This document shows positions 26,801 through 38,899 of a stretch of 64,000 nt of DNA, piece after piece (the first letter of the stretch is position 1; each line of letters opens with the position of its first letter). Position numbers and translations under genes: made by a program. This DNA is from Prorocentrum cordatum. Its lineage: Eukaryota. The stretch is taken from contig CAUYUJ010000048.1 of assembly GCA_963575745.1 (NCBI GenBank), forward strand, positions 372,001-436,000, read 5' to 3'. Below the pieces are notes generated by a model, which was not told the DNA's origin, did not search any database, and saw nothing but the letters and a program-made list of their open reading frames with translations.

Positions 26801-29800
26801 GCGCCAGATGCGCCACGTGCCTCCGCGTGCGCCAGGTGTACCGCATACTTCAGCCGCGCCAGGTGCGCCACGTTCGGGGCACGTGCAGAGTGTGTCAGGT
26901 GCGCCTGCGTATGTGACAGCAAACATCGGGCAACATTTCGGCCTCCACCATCCATGTCGAGAGCCAATGCCCATCATTGTGTCTGGTGGGCCTGCGCACA
27001 GCAGGCCATATGCCACCACTTGGCAGTGATCGCGGGGCAGCCGCGCATGATGCAGGTTAAGCCGCGAGTTGCATATCGTTTTTTGCGTTAGAGATGGTCG
27101 CTCTGCGCACAGCAGGCAATATGCTGACACCCCCGCCGTCCCTGTAAGTGCTCGCGGGCTTCACGAGCATGTCCCCAGACTTTGCCCCAACATGTACTTT
27201 GTATTGCGTTTTGACAGGGATGGTGGAGGGGGGGGCATCGGGTTGGCAGCGCATGCTCCAAATTTGGAGGCAGAGAACGTTACGTATTGTTTTTTGAAGG
27301 GGATGGTGGGGGGGTGCCCGCATGGTTCCTGGTTGGCCGCCGGTCGCCTGGGGGGGGGGGTGTATAGTAGTAGGGAACAGAGTCAAACCCTTCCCCGAAG
27401 GGGAAGAAGGTGATTGGAAGAGGAAGCTCCAGTAGACCACCTACGCCCTGAAGGGTTGGTGGGATTCGGCAGCGAGCGAGGGGGGGGAGTGAGAAGGAAG
27501 AGGCCTCCTCAGAAGGCGGCGGGACTTCTCAGAAGCCCTCGCACCTTCTGAGAGGTTTTCTGTTTCGTCAGGCATGGCTCTGACAACTTCTCAGAAGGCC
27601 GGGGACTTCCGAGCCTTCTGAGAAGGCCCGCCGCTTCTCACTTCTTCCACTGGACTCGCCGCCGACTATTACTGTGTGTGCGTCGCTCCCCCAGGAGGGA
27701 CGCGCGAACCGAGAAATCTTATAGTATAAGCTCCGTGGCGGGCGCTTTCTGGCCATCTCGCTCGGAAAACGGTATACCACAAGAGGTTTATGCTATGTGT
27801 TCGGGTCGGACGCACGCCTCCTAGGATGACACCTTGTACTAGTGTGGCACTGTGCGTCGCATTTGAGATTGAGCGATCCTCGCGGTGTCGGAGGTCAACG
27901 CGCAAGTCGTCACGACACACGAACCCGCCGTGATCAGAGCCTCCTGGAACGCTGGCACATGCATCCCATCAGGCACGCAGTGTCACCTCGGCCGATTGCT
28001 GCGCCGGAGATGAAAGGGGAGGAAGTGGAGAAGGAGGTGGAGGAGGAGGAGGAGGAGGAGGAGGAAGAGGAGGAGGAGGAGGAGGAAGAGGAGGAGGAGG
28101 AGGAGGAAGAGGAGGAGGAGGAGGAGGAAGAGGAGAAGGAGGAAGGGGAGAAGGAGGAAGAGGGGGAGGAGGAGGAGGAGGAGGAGGACGAGGAGGAGGA
28201 GGAGGACGAGGAGGAGGAGGAGCTTGCCCCCTCGCCTGCTCCTCCGCGGCGCTGTGCCAGCAGCCGGTCGCAGTCTGGCGGGACGCGCGAGCCGAGCTGC
28301 ACCCGAGCGTGTTTGCCCAACGCGCTGCAGCGCTCCTGCTCGCACGCGGGGACCACGACGACAATCGCGTCTGTGTTCCGCCGAGGTCTGGGCACGGGCG
28401 CCAGCATCGCAGCGCGGGTGTCGTTCGGAAAACGATAGGATGGACCCGGGGTGTCCTGGAGAAGTTCGTTCCGGATTTCGAGGCGGATTCCGTGCGGATT
28501 TGTTTGGCCAGGAATGAAGACTAGCAAAACTCCACGCGACATTCACGCCGTTTTTCACTCGCCGTTTCGGGGCTTTGCCTTGGCAGAGATCCACGCAAAA
28601 AATCCGCTGCCGCACATCTGCGAGGCCGGTGAAGTGAGAGGTCTGGGCTTGGGAGCTGGGGCGCCGACGTCTCGGTGCTCTCTTTTGTCATCCCGGGCCT
28701 CCAGGGTCGCATTCGGGCGCCAGTGCCATCACGCACCCATCCAGGATGCGCCGGGCGGGGCTGGGACCGGGGCGCAGCGCTCCAGAACGCTCTCGGAGCG
28801 TGCGGGGGCGCTTCGGAACGGCCGCGGCGCCCGGTGCATCCTCCAGGGCCGCCAGACCTCAGGGCCCCCCGATCTGTCCTGGTCCGACTGTATCCCGGCC
28901 TTGGCTCCTGCCGCCGATCTAGGGGTGATGCATCGCCAATCTCAGGTTGATGCTCCCCCCCCGAGCCAGAGCCAGTCCCCCCCCCCGCGTTCTCCCTCGC
29001 CCTCGACGACGTGGCCTTCAACGACGACGGCGTCTCTCGCTGAGCCTCTCTCTCTCTCTCTCTCTCCCTGCCCGCTGTCCGCGGCTCACTGGCAGGCCGC
29101 CGAGGAGAAGCAGGAGCAGGGTGCAGAGGCGTCGCCAGCGGAGGATCCGCCTCTGGAGGCCCTCGGGCTCACTGAAAGAAGGGAGGGAGAGGAGCAGGTC
29201 GGAAACTGGGAAGAAAAACATGACCAGTGGCGGGCTGCTTTTCAATCCCAGGACTTTCTTTATGATGCTCCAACCTACTCTAGCTTTGATCACCAGAAAG
29301 AATTTCGAGCGCCAGAGAAAGTACCGAAACTCAATGGTTTTCACGCGTCGGGCCCTGAGAGACACTCGCCCGACACAGTTTCGACACTCTTTTGACACTT
29401 TTCCGGGTGCTCGAAATTATTTCTGGGTTGCGGTCCTTAAGTAGGATGGGAGCAACATAAGACTTTGTGAGGGTCGGGGACGACGTCGGGGGGGTGTGGT
29501 GTATATGTGTTTCCCCGCTTACCTGGGGGAACATACACCAGGATCCCGTATGCACTGGGATCCGCTTCCTTGTGCGAGTTTCAGTGCGGGGCCAGGAAAA
29601 GCGTAGGTGTATACAGAGTTCGGCGCCTTACCAGGAGCAACGGTAATTAGGGTTCGGTTGCAAGTCTTTGCGTCGACCAGCGTGGATTCGGAAGAGCCGA
29701 CAAGAGGGTGCTGGAGGCTCCCATGAGTGGCCGCCGAGCTAGGGGGGGGGGGCTGGGCTCAGGGGGGGATGCCGATATGGGCCCCATAGGCAGCCTACCC

Positions 29801-30787
29801 TGCCCAGGACCGTGCGGATGCGCTATCGGGGGCCTACCGCCGATCGAGTTGCGATGTGTCGCCGATTCCAGGTCGATGTTCCCCCCCCCCCCCCCGAGTT
29901 GGTCCCCCCTAACGGTTCCCCCCTCGGAGGAGGGAGGGAGGCGGGAGGATCGAGGTCGGGGACGACGGCGGGGTGGTGTGGTGTATTGGTTTCCCCCTTT
30001 ATCCCGGAGAAACATCGAAGATGTGTTCCCCCTTGAGGAGTTGGTCCCCCCTGTAAGGTCCCCCCTTTCGGAGGAGGGAGGGAAGTGGGAGGATCGAGGC
30101 CTTGGGGAGTTGTGTCACCCGTTCTGCTGCCACTCGGGTGGGCCCCTCGTCGCCAGGGGCTGCGCCAAACGTCCCGGAGAGGCCTGGCCGCAGGAGCCAG
30201 GCAGGGGGGGCGGAGACAGCGGAGGAGTGTGTCTGCGTTTGCTTCTCGCGCGCCCTCCACGTCATGTCCAGATTTGGGGGATCGGAGGAGGGGCGCCAGG
30301 AGGAGGGCTGACAAGGGCATCGTGTGTCCTGGGAGGTACTCGTGGGCCTCCCAGAGGTTCCTCCAGATGTCCAGAGAGGGATGTTTCCCGAGGTGAGGAG
30401 CAGGGTAGGAGAGCAGATGTTGAAAAGGAGATGGAGGAGGAGGGGAGGAGGAAGGGACGAGGAGGGAGGAGGAGGGCGTCGGAGGAGGAGAAGAAGGAAC
30501 GATGGGGTACGTAAGATAGGGAGAGACAAGATGCTGACGATGATAAGAGGAGGAAAAAGAGGAGAAAGGGAAGTGGGAGGTAGCAGGATGAGGAAAGGTA
30601 GAAGGAAGGTGGAGAAGGTGGATGAGGAGAGGTGTGAGCTGGAGGAGGTGAGTATGATGGCACTGAGGGAGGAGCTCGAGAAGAGAGGATAGTGCTGGTT
30701 GGTGAGGGACAACATTTATGAGATGAGCAGAAGGAGAGGAAGTGGATGCTGATGATGATGATGAGGAGGAGGAGGAGGTGAGGAGAG

Positions 30788-30820
<33 letters not shown>

Positions 30821-30940
30821 GGAGGAGGAGGAGGAGGAGGAGGAGGAGGAGGAGCAGGAGGACAAGGATGATGGTGCTGATGCTGATGCTGATGATGATG
30901 ATGTTGATGTGATGTTGTTGATGTTGTTGATGATGAGATG

Positions 30941-31014
<74 letters not shown>

Positions 31015-31083
31015 GTGATGGTGATGATGATGCTGATGCTGATGCTGATGCTGATGCTGATGCTGATGCTGATGCTGATGCTG

Positions 31084-31164
<81 letters not shown>

Positions 31165-34100
31165 GGAGGAGGAGGAGGAGGAGGAGGAGGAGGCGGAGGA
31201 GGAGGAGGAGGAGGAGAGGGAGAGGGATAGGGATAAGGAGGAGGAGTAGATAGATTTGGAGTTGCAGGAAGGATCCGGCACTCGGGGCCCTGGGGCAGCG
31301 GCCCTCTGGCCGCCGCCGCGCGAGGGCGGCACAGCGGGGGCCAACAGTTAGGATGAGCACGGGAAATCATTGGCTACAAGATGAACGGGACGGTCCTCCC
31401 AGGGCCTAGGCCGCTGCGAGCTGCGGCACTCAGGATTGGCCTCCGTATGCGGCTTGGCCTGAACGCCAGATGGAGTGGTATATCCCTCATGGTGGCCGCC
31501 ATGGCGAATGCCAAGTATGACGCCAAGTACGACAGCAAGTGCAACACTGGACACGGCGCATACGACACCAAGGACGACAAAGAGGGGAAAGTGCTATACG
31601 AGAGAGCACGCGTGGAAGCATAAGGAAGACGTTGTATACGAGAGCATGCACGAGAGAGGTGCTATACGTTAGCACCATGGGCGTATAGACAAGCGCACAC
31701 AGTACATCCTCGCGGAGGTCCCATTGCAGCAGCAGAGCTACGACCAGTACGGCGAGCAGGACAGCGACCAGCACGGCGACACTTGCACTTTCCACGGCCC
31801 CCGGGACTACATTGGCTTCCAGGTAGTGGAACACTACGACTTGGCTGCCGACGACTGCGATTCGGACCTCGTGGGCTACGAAATGAGCGTGCCCGCTGAG
31901 CTATTACAGCCTCAAGCAGAGCTACCAGGGCCGCCATACGATCTTCGCGGACCACGGGCTGAACTACGAGGACCGCGCGCACAGCTACGAGAGCCACCGC
32001 CGATGCTTCAAGACACACCTGTCGAGCTACGAGAGCCACCAACAGTGCCACGAGAGCCACAAGCTGAACTTCGAGGACCGCGAGCTGACCTGCGTGAGCC
32101 ACAAGCAGGGAGGGCTACGAGGCTCACCAGCTGAGCCACCAGCAGACTACCAGGAGAGCTACAAGAGCCACCAGCTCAGCTACGGGAGCCACGAGCAGAG
32201 CCTTCGAGAATTATCGGCCAAGCCACGAGGTCCACCTGGGAAGATCCGAGGGCCACAACCTAAGCTTCGATGGCACCGGGTAGATCTACTTCAGCCACCG
32301 GAAGAGCGACCAGGAACACCAACTGCCTTTCGAGGACCAACAGTTAAGCTACGAGGACCACGTGCACAACTACGAGAGCCACCTGGGGAGCCTCAAGACA
32401 CACTTACCGAGCTACGAGAGCCACCAGCAGAGCCACGAGAGCCACTAGCTGAGCCACGCGGTCCGCACGCTGAGCTACGAATGCCACAAGCAGGACTACG
32501 ACGACAACCAGCTGAACAACGAGGGCCGCTGCGCTACGAAGGCTACCAGCTCAGCTACCTGAGCTCCCGGAGGTACCAGCTGGGCTACGAGGACAACAAA
32601 CATTACCACGAGGACCACAGGCACAGCTACTACAGCCACCAGAAGAACTACCAGGGCCCCTTGCAGACCTTCGAGGACCCCAAGCTGAGCTACGAGGCCC
32701 ACAGGCACATCTACGAGACCCAGCGGCACAGCCCCAAGGACTGCGAGCTGAGCCACGAGGACCAGGCACAGCTACGAGAGCTACGAGGGCCATCGCTTGA
32801 GCTACGAAAGCCATAGGATGGGCCACACGGGCCACATGCAGGTCTACGAGGACCACCTGCGGAGCTACAAGGGCCACAAGCTCAGCAGTGAGAGCCTCGT
32901 GGAGAACTGCGAGTGCCGCCGGCTGAACTACAAGAGCCACGAGCAGAGCCTGGAGAGCTTCCAGCACAGCTTCCAGGACCACCTGCTGGCGAGGGCCGAG
33001 CTACGAGGGCCGGAACCCGAGCTACGAGAAACACGCGCTGCGCTACGCGTGCTCTCGGCGGAGCTACGAGGGCCACAGGCTGAGTTACGAGGTCTTCCAC
33101 CGGTGCTACCAGGGCCACTTCCTGAGCTACGAGAACCACCAGCGGAGCGACAGGGGCCACAGGCTGACCGACGAGAACCTCCAGCAGAGTTACTGGGGCC
33201 ACCAGCCGAACCACGAGGACCACGAGCTTGGCTACCAGGGCCACGCGCAGAGCTAGGAGGACCTCCAGCAGAGCTGCGAGGACCTCTTGCTGAGCTCGGG
33301 AGGGCCGTCCACGACTGGATCTACAGTCGGAGCCACAGGCCTCGGCTTACAGGGGGGCCCATGGAAATTCATGTCCAGCAGCTACTGGAGCAGAAGTGGC
33401 AAAACGTGAAGAGTAAGATGAATACGGGCCCGCTCCAGAGCATGGTTGTTGAGAAACCAGCCAACGACGAGGCGGAGAACGACTACCGCAGTCTGGAGCC
33501 TAAGGAGACCTATCGACCGAGCACCATCGGCGATATTGTCGAGGCGGTTCACGGCGAGAAGTACGTCGATCGCTTAGAATTACAGATCGACGCTCTGCAG
33601 AAGCGGGGTCGGCACCGCCACGGACAAGAGCACTACACGCATCACGATACTGGCAAGCTACCGCGTCTACATGCATGAGCGGCCCGGCCGCTCCTCTTCC
33701 TTCCCCTCCTCTTGTTGGGCCCCTGGCGAGAAGAGGGAATGTGGCCTCCCTCGCCCCCCCCCCCCCTTGGAAACAACCTTCCAGCGGCGTCCGCAGGGCC
33801 GCGCCCGCGCCGCAGCCTTTCGCGGCGGCGGGCCCGCGAGCGGGCGCGGACAGGGAACCGCAGAAGCGGCTGCGAGAGAGGAGTGGGATGGGAAATAAGA
33901 GTTGGCGGGGGCATGGTTAGGGCGGCATTTGGGAAGATACGGAAGCGTCAGACACGACAGAGGTGGCCAAGGAGACAGGCGAATTTGTGGATTATATGTT
34001 ATACGGAGGCAGGGAGGAGGAGAAGGAGGAGGAGGAGGAGGAGGACGAGGAGGAGGAGGACGAGGAATAATTACTCCGACGGAAGGACCCCGCATGAGAA

Positions 34101-34818
34101 TCCTCTGGGCGAATCTGGAAAAAAACCCTCACCGTCGTCCTCGTGGTTGGTGAGGCGTCCTGGCTCTCTCTTCTGCGTATATTTCTTCTCGCCCTGGCGC
34201 GGGCCCTCCCCCCGCTCCCTACGTTGCCCCCGACCTCGCCCTCTTGTTTTGGTTCCGGACATTCAGAAAGTGGCCCGGGAGTGGACAGTTGGTTCCGGGC
34301 ATTCAAAATGTGGCCCGGGAATGTTGTTCTGGGAGCGCGAAGAACACGAAGTGGCCTACAGTTGGTTCCGGGCGTTCAAAATGTGGCCTGGCAGTGGCGT
34401 TCTGGCAGCGCGAGAGCCCAAAAGTGGCGACAGTTACAGGAATTGGATGACCCGCTCGGATTAGTAACGTGATCCGCGGGCCCCATGGGGAGGGGGTTCC
34501 CGCTTGAGACTTCCTCGCAATTCACTCACAAATGTGGCCTGGGAATGGCGTTCCGGCAGCGCGAGAGCCCAAAAGTGGCGACAGTTACAGGAATCGGATG
34601 ACCCGCTCGGATTAGTAACATGATCCGCGGGCCGCATAGGGAGGGGGCTCCCGCTTGAGACTTCCTCGCAATTCACTCACAGACCAGGCCCAAGGCGAGT
34701 GAGTGAGTGAGTGAGTGACTGACTGACTGACTGACTGGTGATGATGATGATGATGATGATGACCATCACACTCTCTCACGCGCACACTCATCATCATCAT
34801 CATCATCATCACCATCAC

Positions 34819-34865
<47 letters not shown>

Positions 34866-34872
34866 CCATCAC

Positions 34873-34914
<42 letters not shown>

Positions 34915-35833
34915 ATGTGAGTGATGATGAGTCAGTGAGTGAGTGAGTGAGTGAGTGAGTGAGTGAGTGTGTGTGTGAGGGATGATGAGTGAGTGAGTGA
35001 GTGAGGAATGAGTGATGATGATGATGATGATGGTGGTTTCCAGAGAAAACAAGAACCCCACTTTGGATGTGGGGAAAAACACGCTTTTCAGCAAAAGCCG
35101 CCTCGCGCTCGCCCACCTTTTGAGATTTGTCGGGGGGGGCACTAGCATGGCACAGCATGCTCAAGATATCACCAGTCATCAATTTGAACGCTGATCCATC
35201 CCCGGCACTCTCCATGCTCCTCTTCTCTTCGGGGGGGAACACTGGTCGAGGGAAAAGGTCGAGACGTCCTGCAGGCACGGATCGAAACAAAAAACGTGGC
35301 GCCGGATGCCAGCTCTTTCGCGGATGATGGCGTCAATTTTGTTTCAACGTTTGCTTCCTCTCGGGCCCTGAGACCCTTACGGGTCGATCGGGCTTGATAA
35401 AGAACGCACGAGGGGTTCAGAAATCCAGAAATCCCGTTCTTGCTTTTTCGTGGCGACGTGGCTTGCCCACAGCGTCGGATGTCCGGGACAGGTGCAGGCG
35501 GCGTTGAGTTCGAGCTCGTGGAGTCCGGAGGTCGACGACGAGCCCGCGGAAGAGTCACGGGTCGAGGCCAGGCAGGACGAGCCCATGGAGGTCGAGGTCG
35601 AGGTCGAGGCACGGCAGGAGCCCGCACCCGCGGCCGAACCCGAGGTGGCGGAGTGGCCGGGCGGGGCGGCGCCACAGGAGGCCTCGCCCCTGGTCGAGCC
35701 CGGCGCCGCGGGGGGGACGGGCGAGGGCGAGCCCACGGAGGAGGCCGCGCCCCACGCCGACCTCGAGGCCGCGGGGGCGACGGCCGCGGAGGCCGCGGCC
35801 CTGGCCGATGCCTATGTGCTGGCGGAGGTCTAG
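10925..35833 (+). CDS. Multi-exon RRM-domain RNA-binding protein (Pro-rich N-terminus, one RRM, basic patch, acidic Ala/Glu/Pro C-terminal tail); hand-built model
   Basis: Exons 10925-10931, 12203-12273, 13971-14075, 14631-14666, 16890-16993, 17215-17238, 17333-17345, 17577-17588, 19559-19567, 20585-20704, 21990-22028, 23691-23810, 29096-29158, 35498-35833 sum to 1059 nt in one open frame ending TAG. All acceptors are AG; donors are GC/GT/GA plus two GG. Translation: MAGRPRYYVPAGDAPAPSLPMVLPTD-VVDGEPPAG...PPPPQ-VLFMPRFVPPVM-AHGPEAP...TATLWVGNLQPSE-PVDEEDLL-STFE-ACQG-IRK-VTMHRSGRCAFLDLNNAEIANKIVAALKGSEFDGATLAIQ-AQKKTKKRRSSAE-AAPKEEAS...AYVLAEV. Non-RRM exons are less certain and others may be missed. 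Confidence 0.55.
14160..14320. mobile_element. Diverged third TA-MITE relative inserted in another repeat
   Basis: Ends ...ttccttctttcagcagcccgactg. The host repeat (about 14080-14490) has an uninterrupted paralogue at about 21400-21650 with ggagTAgatc at the site. Confidence 0.6.
15053..15202. mobile_element. About 150-bp MITE family (TIR gtcgggcaYgtccctctacagg); copies at about 16463-16610, 37619-37781, 41116-41270, 42466-42622, 50690-50836
   Basis: Inverted termini ...cctgtaggRggacaYgcccgacc, AT-rich interior with shared tggggacgat; TA at several ends. Confidence 0.8.
15590..15965. repeat. AT-rich tandem duplication (about 240-bp period)
   Basis: cacgctcgcctgaact...tggggttgattatccatggaaa...gcacatgagctaccctacacgagcactt occurs twice. 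Confidence 0.85.
16890..16993 (+). CDS. RRM exon carrying RNP2 (TLWVGNL)
   Basis: TLWVGNL matches the RNP2 consensus. It ends at phase 2 before GT (16994) and joins in frame to 17215. The 5' boundary is uncertain (alternative AG at 16796-16797). Confidence 0.75.
17036..17211. mobile_element. Second 176-bp copy of the TA-MITE (opposite orientation), in the intron after the RNP2 exon
   Basis: TA 17034-17035, ccgtcggggcg...gccccgactg, TA 17212-17213; interior is the reverse-complement homologue of 405-580. Confidence 0.85.
17215..17238 (+). CDS. RRM helix-1 exon (PVDEEDLL)
   Basis: TAG acceptor, phase-compatible with the previous exon; VDEEDL fits RRM helix 1. The end could instead be 17246 (AG|GT). 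Confidence 0.65.
19197..19354. mobile_element. MITE-like repeat (ggacggggc...gccccgtcc); relatives at about 3740-4190 and 28745-28920
   Basis: Shared core ccagagcgttccagaacgctctgagagggccgc...catcctccag. Confidence 0.6.
20585..20704 (+). CDS. RRM exon with RNP1, helix 2 and beta4
   Basis: CAG acceptor. VTMHRSGRCAFLDLNNAEIANKIVAALKGSEFDGATLAIQ fits RNP1 (GRCAFLDL), helix 2 (A..I...L.G) and beta4 (G..L.I). Confidence 0.8.
24540..25400. repeat. Interspersed repeat, paralogous to about 29165-30420
   Basis: Long near-identical block ggaggagggagggaagtgggaggatcgaggccttggggagttgtgtcacccg...ccagagagggatgtttcccgagg at 25030-25355 and 30070-30393. Confidence 0.85.
25510..26575. repeat. (cttggggcc)-rich interspersed repeat; relatives at 17950-18280, 52150-53450 (opposite strand, internally duplicated) and 54220-54910
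   Basis: 10-11-bp ctcttggggc/gccccaagag periodicity plus shared unique blocks (e.g. gaggccaacat...aaaaccttagtaaaacc duplicated at about 26168 and 26444). Confidence 0.8.
29260..29460. mobile_element. 201-bp hAT-like MITE with 8-bp TSD
   Basis: TIR ttatgatgctccaacctact/agtaggatgggagcaacataa; TSD gactttct (29252-29259)/gactttgt (29461-29468); empty paralogous site gacttttt at about 24903. Confidence 0.8.
30740..31255. repeat. Compound microsatellite (GGA)n/(GAT)n/(GATGCT)n/(GCT)n; other large SSRs at 3883-4103 (TCA), 12340-13090, 22500-22790, 28020-28220, 34740-35030, 44545-44820, 46600-46750 (GAC), 53615-53710 (TA/TATG), 60950-61195, 62900-63305
   Basis: Directly visible simple repeats. Confidence 0.95.
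31380..33678 (+). pseudogene. Frameshifted intronless ORF with about 1.4 kb of 21-bp (7-aa) repeats, nested in the last intron of the RRM gene
   Basis: 21-bp unit like gagctacgagggccacaggct at about 31895-33300; GC3-rich frame reads SYE(G/S/D)H(K/Q/R)L; unique coding-like flanks (VVEHYDLAADDCDSD; AVHDWIYS...YVDRLELQIDALQK). Confidence 0.55.
34250..34680. repeat. Tandem repeats (aaatgtggcc... units; about 150-bp duplication)
   Basis: ggcagcgcgagagcccaaaagtggcgacagttacaggaat...ctcgcaattcactcaca occurs twice. Confidence 0.8.
35498..35833 (+). CDS. Probable terminal exon, acidic low-complexity tail
   Basis: CAG acceptor, GC3-rich codons, E/A/P-rich 111 aa then TAG; same phase and composition as candidate exons 23691-23810 and 29096-29158. 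Confidence 0.6.
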   Translation, partial: AALSSSSWSPEVDDEPAEESRVEARQDEPMEVEVEVEARQEPAPAAEPEVAEWPGGAAPQEASPLVEPGAAGGTGEGEPTEEAAPHADLEAAGATAAEAAALADAYVLAEV

Positions 35834-36529
35834 CGGAGTCAGCCTCGACTGGGCCGTGGGCGCGGCCCTGGGCGCGCTCGTCCGAGGGCCGCCGCGCGCC
35901 GGCTCCGGACGGCTCTCGTGCCCCTGTGCCTTGGACCTCGGCGCCGCGGGAGGAGCGGCGTGCCTCGGGCGAGGGCCGCGGCTCCGAGCGTGCTCCGGGG
36001 GGGGGCGGGCGGGCCGCACGCTCTGTCGTCCGCGACGGTCTGAGGCCAAGTGCAGGTGTCCTGTCGGCGCTGCCGCGCACAGCCGCCGCGCACACCTGCG
36101 GGGGGGCAGAGGAGCAGTGCCGCCGCGGCGTGGCTGCAGCGCTGCGTGGCCGTTCCCCCTGCCTCGGAGGGGGGGTGGTCCAGCAGGGCAAGGCAGAGAA
36201 CAAGGGACAGAGGAGGGGGAGGAGGAGGCGGAGAAGGAGGAGGAACAGGAGGAGGAGGAGGCCCATCCGAGCTCCCTCCCTCCCTCCCTCCCTCTGAACT
36301 TCCTCCCTCCTTCCTTCCGAGCTCCCTCTTCAGAGGCCCCATACCAGGATTCACTTCCACTGAGGAAAGTGTCCCATTGGGAGACAACCGTGTGAACATC
36401 CTGAAGCGTGCGAAACACCATTCTCAGGATTCCAACGCCACGAGTCAACGTGACTGTTGCGTCTTGACTACGCGAATCAAGTTGCGCCCTGACAATCCTG
36501 AATCGCTCGAACACACACTTTCTGGAAGA

Positions 36530-37090
36530 ATAACCATGCGAATCCGCGAAACGCTTGCACATGTGTTTAAACAAGTGCGTGCGGCGCTAAGGCGAGAGCC
36601 ACATGCTGAAAAGGAGCCGCCCTTGATTCGTAAAACTCTTGCAATGCTTTGAAAATAATGTGCGTTGCGCTAAAGCGAGAGCCACCTATGAAAGGAACCA
36701 CCATCAATCTGGGCAGCTCTTGCAAATTGTTCAGACGAATGTGCGCAGCACTTTTGTGAGAACCGCTTTTTTGAAACGACTTGCCCTCAATCCGTGAAGC
36801 TCCTGCAAAGTTTGAATACGAATGGGCGCGGCGCCAATGCGAGAGTCACATTTTGAAAACGTCCCACCCTCAATCCGCGAAGCCCTTGCATTATTAGCAA
36901 CCAACAAATGAATATGTGCGGCGCTAAAGCGAAAGCCACATTTCGAAAACGACACGCCCTGATTCCGTGAAGCTCCGGCAGTGTTTAGCGAAGAGTGCGC
37001 GCGGCGCCGAGGCGAGAGCCACACTTTGGAGGCGACCCGCCCTGCATCTGCGCAACTGCTGCCAGCTGCTCAGCTCCAGGCTCACAGTCG
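36530..37090. repeat. About 85-bp tandem repeat (gcggcgctaaggcgagagccaca); inverted relative at about 11400-11560
   Basis: Motif recurs about 5-6 times. Confidence 0.75.
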
Positions 37091-38899
37091 GTGAGGGAGT
37101 CTCAGGTGAAACGCCCGGCCCGCCCTTCCGACCAGCCGGCCTGCAGATTTTGTGGATGCCAGCCCGTCGATCTTGGGTCCCTCTTGGGGGCCGTTCGCTG
37201 TACTGGATTTCAAGCAGCGCTTTGCGGGCGCCTTTGAAAAACCCATGGCTCTTTATTGCTGCCGTTTGAGATGGAGACCCCCCCTAAACAAAAAAAAGGT
37301 GACTCACAAGGAAGAGAAATTGGAAACAGAGTTCCCAGGACGGTGCCGGGGTGCCGGGGCGTGGTGGGGGCGCCGGGTGGCTCCGGGACAGCAATTGTAC
37401 AGGGTGCGGGGGCCCTAGAGCAGAGCTCCCAGGACGGTGCCGGGGCGTGGCAGGGGGTGTTGGTCGGTTCTGGGCCAGAAGTTGTAGGGGCGAGGAGGAC
37501 GAAGCCCGGGAGGGGCCGGGGGAAGCATGGGCCCTCCTGGGCCTCCCGTGCCGCCCGGCGGCGGGGGCACGGAGCTCGGGGGAGGGGAGGCCGCACCGAG
37601 GAACGGATCGGCCATGGGTAAGTCTGGCCTGTCTTTCTACAGGGGGAGTGTTCAACAACAGCCACAACATAGTCTGGGGACCATGTTTTGGCATTTCTTT
37701 TTTTGCATGTTTGGTTATTGTTGGGGTATTATTTTTGTTTTTCGTCCAGAGTCTGCCTGTAGGGGGACACGCCCGACCCAAGGCTACGGGTTGGTGCTCA
37801 ATGAAGGGCGGGGGGCGGGCGCTGTGCAGAACCCGGAAAGGACGAGGCTCGACCGCTCGGAGGCACAGCCGAGCCCCACCTGAGGCGAGTCGGAATTGCT
37901 TCAGCTGCCAGCAGCCTCACCTCCTTGTTCACGTCTCCCGCCTCGCAGTATGTCATCACTTGGGTGGCATTCCCAATTCCATGTCATGCGCCAGTGCTTC
38001 CGAGGGCCACACCCCTCCATGCTAACTCTGCAGCCTGGCAGAGCTGTTCAGTTGCGTTCTAAATCCGTCACATCGTGCGGTCTTCTTGAAAGAGTCGTGG
38101 GGCCGTTTTGGGGGCGGCCCGCTTCAGAACATGCAGATGATGTTTGGTGCAAGCGATGACTCACCCCTAGCATCCGTATCGCAGGTGTCACCGGCTAATG
38201 CGTGGTGAGTAGCGGTGCCTTGTGAAGGGGCGCAGGTTGTTTGACAGACGCTTGTCGCTGCAAGGCGCCGTGGCGGACCATCTGTTTGATTTATGTAGCT
38301 AGGTTTGCCCGGCTAGGGGACGAGTCAGGCGTAATTCAATAGGCCAGTGTAGTTGTTGATATGCGTGTCGTGGAATCAATTGCCTGGTGGCCGCTAGTGC
38401 CATGCTGTCGAGTCTGGTCGGGTTACTCCCAGTGCGTACATCCTGCATCAAGACGATTCACTCAGATGGACTGAGAGGGGGATATTGTGATGATTGTAAC
38501 AGGTTTGCTTCGCATACCGCAAGCATTCATTGGTACACGATTCTTAATCATGGCGCGTGATCGCAGGATGCACTCTAGGGTCGCGCGCCAGTATTCGTTT
38601 TCGTTCGGAAAGCTTATTTTTCTTAGTTAGTTTGTTGCGCTGCTTGGTATTGCAGAGCGTTGATGGTTCTTCGATCTTGGCGTGGGGATGCCGACCGAAG
38701 ATGTTCTGTCACACGCAGCTGCGCCAGCCATTATATCGCAGTGACCGCGGCTCGCGCATGTGTGCGTCTGCAGCGGCTTGAGAAATAGTTCCAGGAATCC
38801 TGAAGCTTCCACTTGGCGGATTTGGTTTGCGCCTCGCGAGTCCCCATCAGCCCATCATCTGACCAGTGTTTTGTTTGTTGGGGGGGGTGCACCTCGAGT

